Positions 12,101 to 25,634 of a DNA stretch of 64,000 bases are shown piece by piece. Source of the DNA: Neoechinorhynchus agilis (Eukaryota; Animalia; Acanthocephala). Under the pieces are notes generated by a model that was given only the letters and a program-made list of their open reading frames with translations, did no database searches and was not told the origin of the DNA. The stretch's first letter is position 1; every line of letters starts with the position of its first letter. The stretch spans positions 9,935,480 through 9,999,479 of the forward strand of contig CM121342.1 in the NCBI GenBank assembly GCA_051530055.1, read 5' to 3'. Both the position numbers and the translations under genes were made by a program.

Positions 12101-15100
12101 TGTTTTCTGGAGTTTGGTGCATAATGAATTGAAGCCTCGGAGAGCTTATTGTCTAGAGAAATGGGTAATTTGTTTATTACTTCATTTGTGCAAAAGCAAT
12201 AGCACAATTATATTTATTTTTTGTAGTTGTCGAATATGTGTTGTCCCTTTTTTGTGATCTAAATCTGATTTTATATCTGATCTGCGTAGGAATGGAACCG
12301 AAACCCCCCTTTTAAAATTGATGGAATCACTTATTAGGGTTGTTCAAGGAGAATTTTTCCAGTTGGTAGGTCTTTGCCCATTCGTTAGACTATTCTCGGT
12401 AAAGTAAAAAAGAAAGTATATGCCTTTAATCCTTCAAGGCTTTGCTTTTCATTTGCAGCCGTACAATTTATGGAAACTACTATAAAAAATGATATAAATA
12501 TAACTTCGAAGAATTATCAGCTCACATTTCTGAAGAAAAAATCTTTGCTCTACGATCTTAAAGCACAATTGAATGCCGGGAATTTCAACAACGAATGCGT
12601 TCGTTTCACCTATATTATTTAGGAATCATCAGTATGCGCGATTTGTTCATTTTGCATTTCAACAATTGAACATATGCAAAAAATGAGCAGTTTACTTAGT
12701 AAGTTCAAACATGCAGTTGATGAAGGCCAGTATTTCGCTTTAAAAACGTGACTTATTTTTTGAAATTCTAGTCCGTCGATGTAACCTCGACTTGATTGCA
12801 GGTACGTTGAACATTTACACTCTATTTTTGAACACACTGCTCAATTCCAATGATAACTTCGGTTAGATGATTTTTATAATCGGTTTTGTTATCGTTAAAT
12901 TTCAGAAGGTGAAAGTTTTCAGTCTGTAATGGTCAATCAATTGTTAAATCCGAGTACATTTCTGGTTCAGAGCATGAACTGTGCATTTCTGTACCGTCTT
13001 TACATTTCCGATCAGATTAGTTTGCAAAGACACGTCTGCACGATAATGTCCTTCTTTTTCGTGGAACTCGTTAAATTGGACCAAAAAGAAAAACGAGGAG
13101 AATATGAACGTCACTGTCAAAGTATTCAACTCATTGCAGTTATGATTACGAAATCATACACGACATTTCAATCTTACATCAGTCATCATATTATTTTGGA
13201 ACTCCTGGATAACATATATCTGGACTACATAGACCGAATCTGTCCATTGATTGCGAAGAACTTTACTGGAAACGGTGCAGAGTACAAAACACTTGCAAAT
13301 TATACATTATGCATCCTGCAACTCTCGACCGCAGCAATTAGCTATTTTCCTAAACATCACATCTCGAAATCGAATTTTTTCGAATTTCTTATCGAAACCA
13401 TTGCCAATATTGTACTGCCTAAGGATTTTCGCGCTGATGTTTTCGAAGGCGATCCCGAGGAACTAATTCAATGTCCGTATTCATTTCATTTGTAAGTTAT
13501 ATTTTCTTTTATCTAAAATGAACGCTATTGGTCCATTTGTAAGACCAATAGCGTTTCGTTTACGCACTATATTGAAAATTGTAATTCGCACTTTTCAGGA
13601 TACACCACAAAAGTATATCTGCTCAATTCTTAAATTTGATTGATTGTTGTTCGATCAACAGTCAGGAATTGGATCGAATTGTATCGTGTGTGATGCAGCA
13701 GGAATTCCTGGATCAAATGTATGGAAAAGGCAGTAAAAAATTAAAATTTAGCGACCGATTTCTATTGGACTCAAAAGGGGATGAAAACGTACCGTTCTTC
13801 AGAAAGCGGAAAAGTAAGGACAGCGAAGTTGCGTCTTTGTCTAAACGAACAAGGCCGTTGCTCTCACAAGGATTAGGGGGATATTTGACTCCGAATGTGC
13901 CTCGAACTGATGCTTCACTAGCCGATCTTGTAGGCTTAATTAATCCGAACACTATGTGCTTCGCAAACTCTGTCATACAAATACTACTTTGCATTGGATC
14001 ACTCGTAGATTATTTGACCAGCATTGACCTGGATGCCGATGGCTTCACGCCTCTTCGCATAATACAAGAACTGCTTGCGACTTTGACGAGTAGATCTGGG
14101 TCTCTAGGTCGCATTTATGGTCCTGGCATTCTGTGGTACCATTTCAAAATGCATAAATATGCGAAACCGGTGGTACAGTGCGATCAGCAAGACGCAGTTG
14201 AGTTCTTTACGTATTTCGGCGAGAAGTTGGACGAGCGGTTGGCTACATTGGGGATGCATGAACCCTTTAAAGGATTGTTCGAGAACGATACAATCGAAGT
14301 TTATGAGTGTTTGTCTTGTAGAAGCAGTCGAAAGTTTTGTGACAAGTTCAGAGTTCTGGGATTATCGGTGAAATACGACAGCATAACGGAATCAATGGAT
14401 GAATATTTTAGCTCCAGTACAATTAGTGATGTGACTTGTGACAAGTGCAAGGAAACTGTAAGTTACAAAATGAAACAATTTTTTAGGGTTTACTTTCTTA
14501 AATAGTGTGATCACAAGAAAAAAACGTTCATAGGAAGATCCTCGCCTTATTTATGTGTTCAGCTATTGCGATTCGCAATTTTAACTTTTGATGACGATTA
14601 CTCAAAGGATGAAGCAAATGTCGTGGTAAATGTTCATTTCATTGTGCTGTTTCATCATTCATAATAATGCCCTTAAGCTTTGTTTATTTTTCACAGATAA
14701 GGCTTCTTATAATACCTAAATAATGCGAGTTTGCTTATCTAATTATCATATTAACCGTTGATAATAAAAGCGATTTTGCTAAAAAGGCTCATTTTCGGTC
14801 CCGGAAAGTTCCAAAGTATAAGATTTTCGGCTTATCGTTAGCAATTAAAATCAGCAATAGTAATTTTTGATTTGGCTCCGCTGTTGTTTTTGGAACCAAA
14901 AGGACGTCGAATAAATTTCAATTTTTTTCATAGGTTCCAAAGAATTTAAGCATAAAGCCTTATCTCAAAGAACCTTGCCAAAATAACGACGATAATTCTG
15001 AGGATATTCTATCAGAGTACGAACTTTTCGCATATGTGGTCCATATGGGCCATCGGAAATCCGGTCATTATTTGTCTCATGTCAATGGAAAGTTCATTAA

Positions 15101-17746
15101 AATCAGTCCAAATCATAGAAAATGTGAAAACGAGTGGGTCGTTTTCAACGACTCTGCTGTTTATTATCACCCCGAAGACGACGATTCGAGAATTGCCGAT
15201 GGTAAGCAATGCTCTTTTGGCTAAATAATAGTTTCCTATTCTCAATTATTAAGAGAAACCTTATATGGTCATATACAAGGCAAAGGAAATTGAACATAAC
15301 AAATCAGTCGATGAATGGTCAGTTCACTCTTTTAAATATTCGTTAATAATAGGTAAATAGGATCAAACGCTCTACGCCACTATCTTACCGCATGGAGCGT
15401 GTAAGTACAATACTAACGCAAATTGAGAGCTTAAAAGAGAAGGAAAGAGGTGATTTCTGAAATTTCAATTCTTTAATAGTTGTTAATTTTTACTAAATGG
15501 GGCAATAGTGCGCATCTTCCATAAATGAAAAATCTCTAGATCTTTTCCGTGGATATTTTTATTATGTACTCTTTTGGACGTGTACATTGTTCTCAAAATA
15601 CAAATTAGGAGAATTTTTAAAGGATTAATTTTACAAAAATCAATAATTTTACTTTCTCGTGCCAATTTTTCCGCTGAAAGCGCAAGTTGCTGATTTATTT
15701 TTAACCTAAAAACTAGATAAAAGGTTTCAGTTTAAAAGGTTTAATGTGTACGTTTTTCTTATTTTCTAGAACTGTATGCAACGTCTGAAGAAAAAGATTA
15801 TCTCTTGGAAAACGTACCAATTAGTCAAGAAAAGAAGCTTTTCACTTACGATGAAGCTTCTGTAATCAATGATGAAATAAAATGGTTTACTTATAAATGC
15901 CCAGACGTCTTCATTTCAAGGAAAATGGTTCGAAAAATCTTAGGAAATAATGACCATTTTGATATACTTCTTGAGAAAATTTTTGAACGGACACTTGTAT
16001 GTCTTTATCAAGTCTGAAAATTATATTATGATTTCTATCAACTTTCATAGATGTCTGATGGCTGTACAGAATGCTGCAGCGATGCCAGATATTGCGATAA
16101 CATTGCTCTTTATCTAGCCAACGAACTAATAAATAATCTTGAACGGATGCGGCAAGTTCCTAGTGCGAGGTAATCTATTTTCGGGAATATTTTTCGTAGA
16201 ATTTTGGTTCGAAAATACGCTCCGATTCTCACATTTACTTGCAGTGTCTACAGAGGAGCAAAAAGAAGTTTAAGATGCTGCATTGCGGAAAAAATGGTTT
16301 CGTACTTGCTTGGTATAGGAGAAAAGGGCGCTGGACTTCTAGGGTAAGAATGCAAAATATGCCAAAATGCAATTTTGTCATTTTTTCTCGTTTCCAGAAA
16401 TGTTAATAATGTTAATTTGCAAGTATTACAAAATTTCGACAACTTTTATTTTCCACTTTTTTCGTGTTTTGAGTAAAGTATTCTTTGGATAATTTCTAAA
16501 GCAACACGATTTTTGGAAAGACACATTTTATAGAGAAAAACTCGTATGATTTAACGTCAATTTTTTTATCACATTTACTTTAAGAAATATCTTATATTCT
16601 ACTTTCGACAATGATCGCCAATTGTATTTGCTGGCAACCTTATGTTGGGCGTTGCTCAATTGTGTAAGTCTCATTATTGTCAACGATTTGGAATTTCCCC
16701 TTTCTTTGCCCTTACACAGGAAACAAGACTAGTATTTGAAGCTATCCTTCTTATTTTGACTGATATTCAATGTTTAACCGACGATGCAACCCGAAACTCA
16801 ATTTCAGTTCTTAAATTGATTCGATGTCTTGTACGCAGCGAATCGTTCGATTGGAATTTTGATGAAATTGTGAAAATTGATCAACATCTAATCCATCAAG
16901 CATATCCTATCGCGATGCACTCTAAGAGTGATTCTGCTAAATGTCCTGACTTGGCGTCGTTTTTCTATTATGTGCTCGACACTTCAATCGGAAGTCTAGA
17001 TTCTGTGCTCGCTGTTTTCGAAGACGACACTGGGCAATTACAATTCTTGGCGGAATTCTCTTATATACTCATGACCTATATTGATTCATTGCACTCGTTT
17101 CGATGTGCAAAAACAGATAAAATTGGCGCCGAATCTTTTGTTCTAAAGACATCACGGAAATATCCGAATTTCTCAATGTTCTTCATTGCTGGATTTACGG
17201 TTAGTCATAAATTTACAAAATTATAACAATAACTCAACAACTTCAGGAGTCTCTCTACAATCTATCGATGACTAGAAGTTCGAGTTTAGTAAAGATTAGA
17301 ATTCTAAAGAGTTTATTTGAAAACTGTGACGATACGAACTTAAAGGATGTTGTTAAATATCTGCTCAACAATCCCCTTCACGGAATTTTTACTAAATTCC
17401 ATACGGACTCCTATTCTTTGAGTGACACATTTAAATTTATTTCTGTGTTGATATTAAACATTTGTATTGAACAGTTAGGTTAAAATTATTTTATCCGTGA
17501 AAACCACTAATGTTTTAGTCTAATGATTGACGACGAATGCACAAAAAATAATGTAAAAAATGTACTAATCTCCGTATCGAAAAAAGACAACATAAAAGAG
17601 ATTGATCCACAGTTCAGTGAACTTGATTTTGAATTTAAGGTAAGTGAAACATTTTGTTAATAAATAACGTCCGTACTGCCGTTTAGAAAATTCATTCCAA
17701 ATACGAGCATCTATTTGATGATAAAGAGATGCAACAAATCTCTTGA
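6104..17746 (+). CDS. USP24: Large multi-exon ubiquitin carboxyl-terminal hydrolase, USP24/USP9-like
   Basis: UBA-like N-terminal segment. TDWMIPY resembles USP24 TDHWSIPY. Cys box GLINPNTMCFANSVIQIL (about 13930-13985), QQDAVEFF, His box VVHMGHRKSGHY and WVVFND (15036-15150). More than 20 exons; stop at 17744-17746. Confidence 0.8.
7302..8204 (+). other. 903-bp intervening sequence in USP24 with non-GT-AG ends and terminal inverted repeat
   Basis: Begins ATGACAC and ends GTGTCAT. Removal fuses ...CRDYLG to FSFYQLLILKL in frame. Confidence 0.45.
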
Positions 17747-18749
17747 ATAAAAATGAATAAAATTCATAGGAGTGCTAGAGATTAATCTTTTTGTAATCGC
17801 GATACGAAATTATCAACCTAAATAATTTAGACAGGTGGTTTCGAACATAAATCATCACGATATTCATGACATAGCGTTAGTCGTTAAGGATAAAAATGCC
17901 TAGATAAATTCCGCGAAAAGAAAATTATATCCTGACTGTCATTAGCGGAAACAATTTTGCGGGTTAAAAATTTACTCATTAAATCACTACAAATTTTTTA
18001 AGTGAAATTTGCAATCTCCATAAACAGCGACGAAACCATTTTAACCATAAAAATTGTTTCCTTCATCAAGTTAATTTTAAATAAATTGCACTTCTTACAA
18101 AAAGATCACATCGCTTTGAATTACATCTTTGTTTATTTTCACATTTTAATTAAGTTGTTTTAATGACAACAAGATCATCAATGCCTCATTTTATCAATTC
18201 CCTTTTTAAATTTGAGTTGGACTAAAAGATCACAATGCACTATTATTAATCTTAAAATCAAAGATGAATATATACTTCTCATAACGTTCCAATTATGTCA
18301 GATGTACGATCCCGAGCTGCTATTTTAAACTACAATTTCTTGCTAAAAGTTGTTAAACGCCCTTTTAATGATTTCTAACATTTTTCAAGGGCACAATTCA
18401 AACCTGCTGTATATTTGCTGGAAAATCTGAAAATTCGATTAAAAGAATTAATCGCTTTATAATAAATCACAGATCCCAGAATTAAGATGTGCAACGATTT
18501 TCGCTTATTATTAATTAAAATCATTGACGCCAATTGCATATTCCACCATGAATATATTTTTCACTTGCGGATCCTATAAACTCACATCGCAAATAAGAAT
18601 TGTCTTGATTTTAAATCACAAACGTAACTTTTGATCTTATTAACTTTTATATAAATATCTTGTAGAACTTTTAATATCGTTTTTTGTTACAAGGGCGTAG
18701 ATCTAAAGTTCCTTTAGCGTTTTAGGACGCTTGCGAACTTTTCTTTGAA

Positions 18750-19150
18750 TATTTTTATGAAGAACTTCGCACAATTCGCGATCGCTCCTCAATTGTTCAA
18801 ACCAACCACGAGTATCCGTAAGATCAAACGGAAATATACACAAACCTTTCGCCTTCTCTTTAAATTGTTTATTTTTAACCTATTTTTCTTGCCTACGGCC
18901 GATTTTTTGGATAAGATATTGTTCAGTTTCGCTATTTAAAGGATACATTTTCCATGAATCCTACTTGTTTAACGAATGAATTTCAACTGGGTTTAAATCT
19001 ACCAACGTAGCAGCGCGATGACTGCAAAATAAACCGTCTCTTCGTTATCCATTCAGGTGAAATAATCCACGGCAACAAGGAAAAGGTACCCGAAGTTCGT
19101 TTTTGACCATTTGCTTTATGCATTGTATTCAGAAGGAACGCCAGTAAGCA
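18750..19150 (-). mobile_element. Possible decayed LTR-retrotransposon integrase relic
   Basis: Minus strand reads FGYLFLVAVDYFT (about 19055-19095), resembling integrase YLLVAVDYFTKW. Surrounding sequence has many stops. Confidence 0.3.
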
Positions 19151-19698
19151 CGGACGTGTAAGAAAATTCTCGAGATAATCTGTACGAAAAATCTGGGCTA
19201 ATAAAACTTAAATCATTTGGTTTGAGTAGTTCTACGTTGTCTTGAATATCAAAAGCGAGATATAGGGTACGCCACGCGAGGAAATCAAGCAAAATACTTT
19301 TTTTAACCAATAACAAAAGGCTTTGAAAAAGGCAGCAATCGTCTTCTTTTCTCCTTACTGTCAAAATACTTCGAGTATTTTTCAAATTCGAAAGGTTCAA
19401 TATTCTACAAATAAAGAACATCATTGTGGAAAAAATCACAAGAAATATATTTTGAAACCTTCGCCCAAATGGGCTTTTAAAAGTATTCGGTTCATCAAAT
19501 TTATTGATTTTCAAATCCATAACTCGTGGTTAACGAGAAGTTTAGAAGGACAAGAACGATTTGCATCCGGTGACCAAAGAGAATAAGAGCGGAGATTTTT
19601 TGGGGTATAATCTTTACGTATATTCATGGTTTGGGTTCATTTAAACACATGTAACGATTCTTTGCATCAAAAACTAAGATAATAATAACACGTTTTTA

Positions 19699-22400
19699 TT
19701 ACCACACACCCAAACAAGGACGGGAACCATGTATCTTTGGATTCGTGCTGTTTGATTGAGACTGGGGATGACGGTAGTTTGGAAAAAAGGAAGGTTTAGC
19801 GAGTGTGAAAAAGCTGCTAAGTGAATCTCTTGTGGAGTTCTGGGTAATCGTGATGTCGGGAGCGAAAGGAATTTTCACCTTGTCTTGCAGTGATTTTAGT
19901 AAATCTGAAAACCATAGTGGATCACGATTCGACATACGAATCATTTTCCGAGGGAAAGAGATGCACATGCAATGGACTAAAGTATTGTGCAATGCCGCCA
20001 TGGCTTTAGACGGGTCATTGCTGTATATAGAACTTCGGATTCCGGGTAGGGCATCCCTTACCTTGTTGAAGAAGGAGTGAGAGTGATGTTCACGTTTATT
20101 CCAGACCGGGAAAGGGTCGGAGGACTTTCCCTTCAGAGGAACAATTGGTCTAAGGAGGATGGTGCAGTGATCCGAGGTCGCGACGGGTGGGAGTTTAATG
20201 GGAGCGGAATATTTGGCTATATTGGTAAGGATTTTATCTAGTTTGGATGAACCACGCGAGGGGAAGTTTACTAGTTGTAAGAGATCAGAGAATGACGGTG
20301 GAGCAGGGAGACGGTTGAAGTCTCCTAGAATCAGGAAGTGTTGAGAATTTAACGATAGTTTGTCATTAATTAAGGTATCGATTTGTTCAGATGTTGGGGC
20401 GGGAGTTGAGGCAGGGGGACGATAAACACCGGCGACGGTCATTGCACGGTTGCCGTTACGAAGAGAAAGCGAGAGTTGAAGGTAAACCCATTCGAGATGT
20501 TCTGATATAAAATAGTGAGGGGTGGAGATGGTGTATGGTAAGGAGGACTTCAAGTAGGGGATGATGGCAGTGTCCTTGTTAAATTGGGAGAGCCAGGTTT
20601 CCGTAACGATGAGAATGTCGGCTTTGGTGGCCGTAGCGACTATGGGCAGCTCGTCGATTTTTGGTAGGATGCTACGAATATTGGTGCACATGATTGTAGG
20701 GAACGGCTGTTTAGGTGGGATGCTCAGCAAGGAAATGGGTTGGAGGGGCGAGATGGGTGTCAAGTCGGGTGACCTTGTGGTTGACTGTTCATCTAGGGTG
20801 TAAGTGGATTGTTCAAGATCGGCCGAATTTTTTTAGGTTGGACCTCTGACAGAGTGAAAGTGAGTGACGTTAGCTATGGCTGCGGTGTCTTTGTTTGAGT
20901 CACTGAGCTGGGTTTCTGTGGTGACTAGTATGTCTGAGGTGTAACGATTTTCTGATAAGGGATGGAAAACGGTTGTATGTCTAATTTCTGTCAAGGAATA
21001 GCGGGTTCCTTTGGAGGTATCCAAAAATTTACGGCAGGAGAAGGCGTGTGTTGAACGGACGATAACTTATTGACTGTCGGGCTGGAAATATCCGGTAAGG
21101 GAGGGGTGATTTTAGTAAAAGAAAGCGTTTGGAGATGTAGGCAGAGGCAGTGTCACGAAACTGAAAGCTAACTTTTAGAAGGCGTGGACGAGAGCTAGCT
21201 GGATTATTTGATGGGATGCGGTGAACAGATACAGATGCCGGAAGGTTGTTATAAGGGAAGAGCGTACGGGTAATTTCGTTGAGATGTAGCAGATTGTGTT
21301 TCAACGCATTGAAACGGCTGGAAATTGGACATTCAGGAACTTCAGGAATACCGGAGATGAAGAGATCGTGAGATGGATCATATTTCTTATGTTTGTGTTA
21401 GGCGTGGCCAGAGAGAAGGCCGGATGTGTTAGGAACAACCCTCGATTTGTTAGGCGGACGATTTTGTGGTGCGCGAGAAGATTTCGGTGAGGGAGGTATT
21501 ATCTCCGGTAAAATCTGCTGAGAGGGAGGCTGAAGGGTAGACTTGATTGAGAGGGAGCGTAGTCTTGAAAAGAAGGAATTCGACGAGCGGGATAAGGAGC
21601 TGCGCGGAGGGTGCATGTGAGGGAGGTAATGTGAGTCTGAACCGGAGGTTTGAGAATCGGGATTGAGTTAGGTCTAGGGTCCAGAGACGATTTATCATTT
21701 CCGGGTGTGGTTGGCATGTTTGGGTTGTCACAAGATAGTTGGTTGGCCTTGTACGGAAACAGGTCACGCTCTTTGTCATTAATTAGATTTGAAATTAACG
21801 AACTGTTGGGAGCTGGTAAGGGATCCTTGACAATTGTTTGGTTGTGTTTGGGGATCTACTCAGTAGAGTGGGATGTGTTGTGACGGGTGAAACGGGAGGA
21901 AAGAGGTCGGGGTGGTGGATTGATTCTGGTGATGGGCCGTTGTTGGGCATCAGATCGGGAGAAATCTGTACGATGGCTTCTGCTGTGATGTTCAAAGGCA
22001 TGGTAGAAGGTGATATTTCGAGGTTAGCGTCGATCGTGGTCGCAAGTGCCCTGTTGACAACTCCAAAAGGCATTCGATCTGGTGCCAATTTGATCAGCAG
22101 CTTGGCGCAGCCGAACCCACAGATAAAGAACGGGCAAGGTTCTGGGATGTGCGTTGGGGCGATGAGGGTTGTTATCGAGCACCCTTGGCACGAGCCGGTG
22201 ATCCTTTTGGAGGCTGGGTTATGGGACTTTTTACCAGCCATGAAGGTGTTTGTAATAAACTCGACGTATTGCTTGTAAGATTTTAAATGCCGATAATCAA
22301 TTTGATGCCGATAATCGATTTGATGCACGTAGAGGTCTTTAACGAGAGAGAGAACGTTGACGAGAGAGAACGTTGACATAATCAATGTTCCCCACGCGTC
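19699..22400 (-). mobile_element. L2/CR1-like LINE relic: ORF1 (Cys-rich) + APE endonuclease, RT missing
   Basis: ORF1-like CQGC...CPFFICGFGC and RPRLLKVSF. Endonuclease CTNIRS, IVTETWL, VAGVYRPP, LGDFN, KLDKILTN, SDH. RMSNRDP is shared with the element at 1-1463. Extra endonuclease fragment at 20833-21024. Confidence 0.85.
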
Positions 22401-22699
22401 GCTTAGAAGTCGGGATGTTTTATTTAAGATGAATATCGATTTTTTTTCAAAAATTGAAGCATTTTTGAACTTCATTAGTAAGCAAAAATGTGTTAGAAAA
22501 TTTGGGTGTGATCGTTTTCCAGCATCAAGGTTTGAATCCTCGATCTTCAAAAGGCTTGAGAAGTTTTAAAGTGGAAGTTTATCTGAAAAACCATTATCCC
22601 AATGATAGCGCCGCTTTTTCTAGCGTACCAACAATTGAAACCGGAGATCGGTGGAATGCTTGTTTATTGCGGAAAATTTAAAAGAATTTATTAAATCCG

Positions 22700-23890
22700 A
22701 TATTTTAGCACAATCTTGTGAGATAGGTGGAATGTAATCAAAATTTAAAGGTGCATATATCTTTAAGTTTATGTAATAATACGCTTTTTCGATATAAATG
22801 CACATGCCAAATATTTTATTCAACCCTTCGTTAGCTATACAATCATTGCTCCAATTCTGCGTCGTAGATTGCTGGTCTGCCCAATTTGGGCAGTCTTTAC
22901 ATGGCATCTCGATTAACAAAGCTGGACAATTTCTTACCGGCTCTGCAATGATCCATTGCCCGACCTCAGGATTCGATTCACATCGGAGTTCCATTGATCA
23001 TTAATGAATGGAACTTCTGGGTCGGCAAAATATTCGACCTCAAAATGGATAAGAGACCTTTGAATTAAGGTTTGCTTGGGGGTTACAAAAATTTAAGAGA
23101 TTGAGGACAGTATCTTAATATCTTCTGGTAAAGCATGAAATACCGGAGTTCCATTGCACAGGCATTAACTCGGTCATGGACCGGCTCCCGGAGCACAATA
23201 GTTTCTGTTATTCAATTATGTGCCGAAAGGAAACTTCGTCGTCCATTTCACTGTCCAAAATGGTAACTGCTCTCGACTCGTCTATTATTCGAACTTGAGA
23301 TCTTTTAACAGGTACTTGAGCTCCATTAGATGGAATTAAGCTGATTCGATAAAGGCTTTGCGAATAGGAAGTGGTCAGGATCTTAAAGTGTTTTTACAGC
23401 CTTTGTTCGAGGTTGTGGATCGCAGTATTTATCCTCAGGTCTACTATTTTCAAAATATTTGTTGAAAACTCGCTCAAGATTTGATTAAGATGCTTTATCT
23501 CGTTGTTTGTTGGTTGTGTTGACTTTCTAGCAACAGCTTCTTGATGCACGAGGAAGTGTGAGGTTGACGGCATAGCGTCCACCCTTGATTTCATGCTTTT
23601 TTTGGACACCTTTGTTTTGGGCCAAAACAAAACTTTTGAAGGCCGTGCAGGTCCTACTGAAAGTGCAGTGTCCTTCTTGTCCACAGTTTGCGCATCTTTT
23701 TATTCCTCTAGAGCAGTTCACACTCGAATGCTCATCACCACAGTACGCGTAGGCGATTTTCTTAGTCGGACAATGTTGTCCCCAATAACCCGACTGCGGG
23801 CATCCAGCGCATCCACAAAAGGTATAATCATCCAACCTAAATATTTCATTCATCGTGAATGTAATTTCCATAGATTGGAAAAAACATCTT
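22700..23890 (-). mobile_element. Decayed non-LTR retrotransposon with triple zinc-knuckle ORF1 (I/Jockey/R1-type architecture)
   Basis: ORF 23527-23871 has three CCHC-like knuckles (e.g. YCGDEHSSVNC, CANCGQEGHCTFSRTC). Downstream degenerate QWN-type endonuclease-start segments contain stops. Confidence 0.65.
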
Positions 23891-24019
23891 CATTGTATCA
23901 GGGACTTTCCTTGTGTTAGTTAATGTCAGCTTTCATTACAACTCTGGGAATTGGTTTCCCCGAGTTACGAGATTTAATGAAAAACAATATTTTGCATTGG
24001 AATTTTTCTTCAAATGCCT

Positions 24020-24209
24020 TCTTGTCTCGGCCCTCGGAGAATCCGCACTTCAGCTTGCATCCGATATAGCAAAGAGGTCGATGGCGATGAAAAATGACCC
24101 ACAAGCGACAGCATTCCTTAGACAAAACATCTCCCTTGCAGTACAACGAAGGAATGGTGCCAGCGTGAGGAAAACCGCGGCTCCACAGAACATTATCTTT
24201 AAAAAATGA
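24020..24209 (+). mobile_element. 3' fragment of CRE/HERO-like (restriction-like endonuclease) retrotransposon
   Basis: ALGESALQLASDIAKR...DPQATAFLRQNISLAVQRRNGASV matches the conserved RLE C-terminus (FLxQRISLAIQRGNAASV). Confidence 0.7.
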
Positions 24210-24382
24210 GGGGTGAAATTTTGCAATGATTCGGATGTTTACTTTTGCAAAAAAATTGAAAGCAAAAAAGGAGCTAATTTGGTTTGTGTTTTGAGCAAGT
24301 ATTTGTTCTTTCATTTCATAGGTGATTTTGATTTTCATAACATATGACGGCCGTTTGAACTCGTCCGCACTAAAAAATAATG

Positions 24383-25155
24383 TTCTATTTTAAGTTTTTA
24401 CTGGCAAGCCGGTTTGTTTTCAAATCATCATTAAATTTTAGTTTGTCCCTTTTTGTCCGGCTTATTTTTAGGCATAAAGCCAAACGAATTAAATTAGAGA
24501 AGTGATATAACCACATAGTCTCTAATGCGCGGTTAACAGTTTGTACATTTTTCCGGATTCTCAGATACCTCATGAGGAGGCGGGACTAATCATTCAGTTT
24601 CCTCCCTTCGGCGATATTTCCTCCTCTTTGGTTGTGCGTCATTGGCGGTGACGGATTCGAACCAGTTGACCCTTAACTTGGATCAACAGCATTAGTCCAA
24701 TTGACCACCTCAACACCACTACGGAATGTCAAACTCAGCCAGTTTTTTCGACTCAGGGTGAGCGCTGTATTCTATTTTAAGTTTTTACTGGCAAGCCGGT
24801 TTGTTTTCAAATCATCATTAAATTTTAGTTTGTCCCTTTTTGTCCGGCTTATTTTTAAGCATAAAGCCAAACGAATTAAATTAGAGAAGTGATATAACCA
24901 CATAGTCTCTAATGCACGGTTAACAGTTTGTACATTCCTCCGGATTCTCAGATACCTCCCGAGGAGGCGGGACTAATCATTCAGTTTCCTCCCTTCGGCG
25001 ATATTTCCTCCTCTTTGGTTGTGCGTCATTGGCGGTGACGGATTCGAACCAGTTGACCCTTAACTTGGATCAAGAGCATTAGTCCACTTGAACGCCTCTA
25101 CGTAATGTCAAACTCAGCCAGTTTTTTCGACTTAGGGTGAGCGCTGTATTCTATT
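24383..25155 (-). mobile_element. Tandem dimer (387/379 bp) of a tRNA-derived SINE-like unit
   Basis: Two near-identical units with TTCTATT at all three junctions. Each has an A-box-like (TGGTCAATTGG / GGCGTTCAAGTGG) and a B-box (GGTTCGAATCC) on the minus strand. Confidence 0.7.
24643..24717 (-). pseudogene. tRNA-like head of the SINE (second copy about 25030-25100)
   Basis: 75 nt, GGTGTTG...CACCGCCA, with A and B boxes and an 8-bp stem around AAGTTAA. T-stem and acceptor stem are imperfect, so it is not a canonical tRNA. Confidence 0.55.
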
Positions 25156-25242
25156 CGAAAATAAAGAAATTACGACCTAAAAATTGTAATTAATTATCAA
25201 CGTAATACTCAGAATCAGCTATTAAGAATATCAATAAAAATT

Positions 25243-25465
25243 GAATTATTGTTTAGGTCTACACCCGGTAAATGAATATTTATTAGAGACGTTTCGAACC
25301 TCGCCGGGTTCATCATCAATTATTTTGTTATTAATAGACGCTTTAACAAACAAACTGATGATGAACCCGACGAGGTTGAAACGTCTTTAATAAATATTCA
25401 TTTGCCGGGTGTAGACCTAAACAATAATTCTAATCACATTCCCCGGTACCTCACATTTCGACATT
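25243..25465. mobile_element. Palindromic element (about 76-bp arms) with hammerhead-like cores on both strands; Penelope pseudo-LTR-like
   Basis: 25243-25430 is a near-perfect inverted repeat. Plus strand CTGATGA-T-GAACC-cgacga-GGTT-GAAACGTC (25355-25385). Minus strand TTGATGA-T-GAACC-cggcga-GGTTC-GAAACGTC (25288-25319). Confidence 0.65.
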
Positions 25466-25634
25466 TTAATAAAAACTGAAGAATAAAGAATTTTAATTAC
25501 CGCACAAACATTTTATTTTTGCAATACGTGAAATGGGTATTTCTTTATTTTAATTTCTCGGAGAATTTATTGATCGTAGCATCAATGTTATAAATCGCAT
25601 GCTAGGAAGAAACAAATTCATTAATTTCCAATAC

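Noticed and set aside
24643-24717. Functional tRNA-Asn gene
   Set aside because: The anticodon loop lacks the conserved YU, the T-stem and acceptor stem are mispaired, and it is embedded in a duplicated longer unit.
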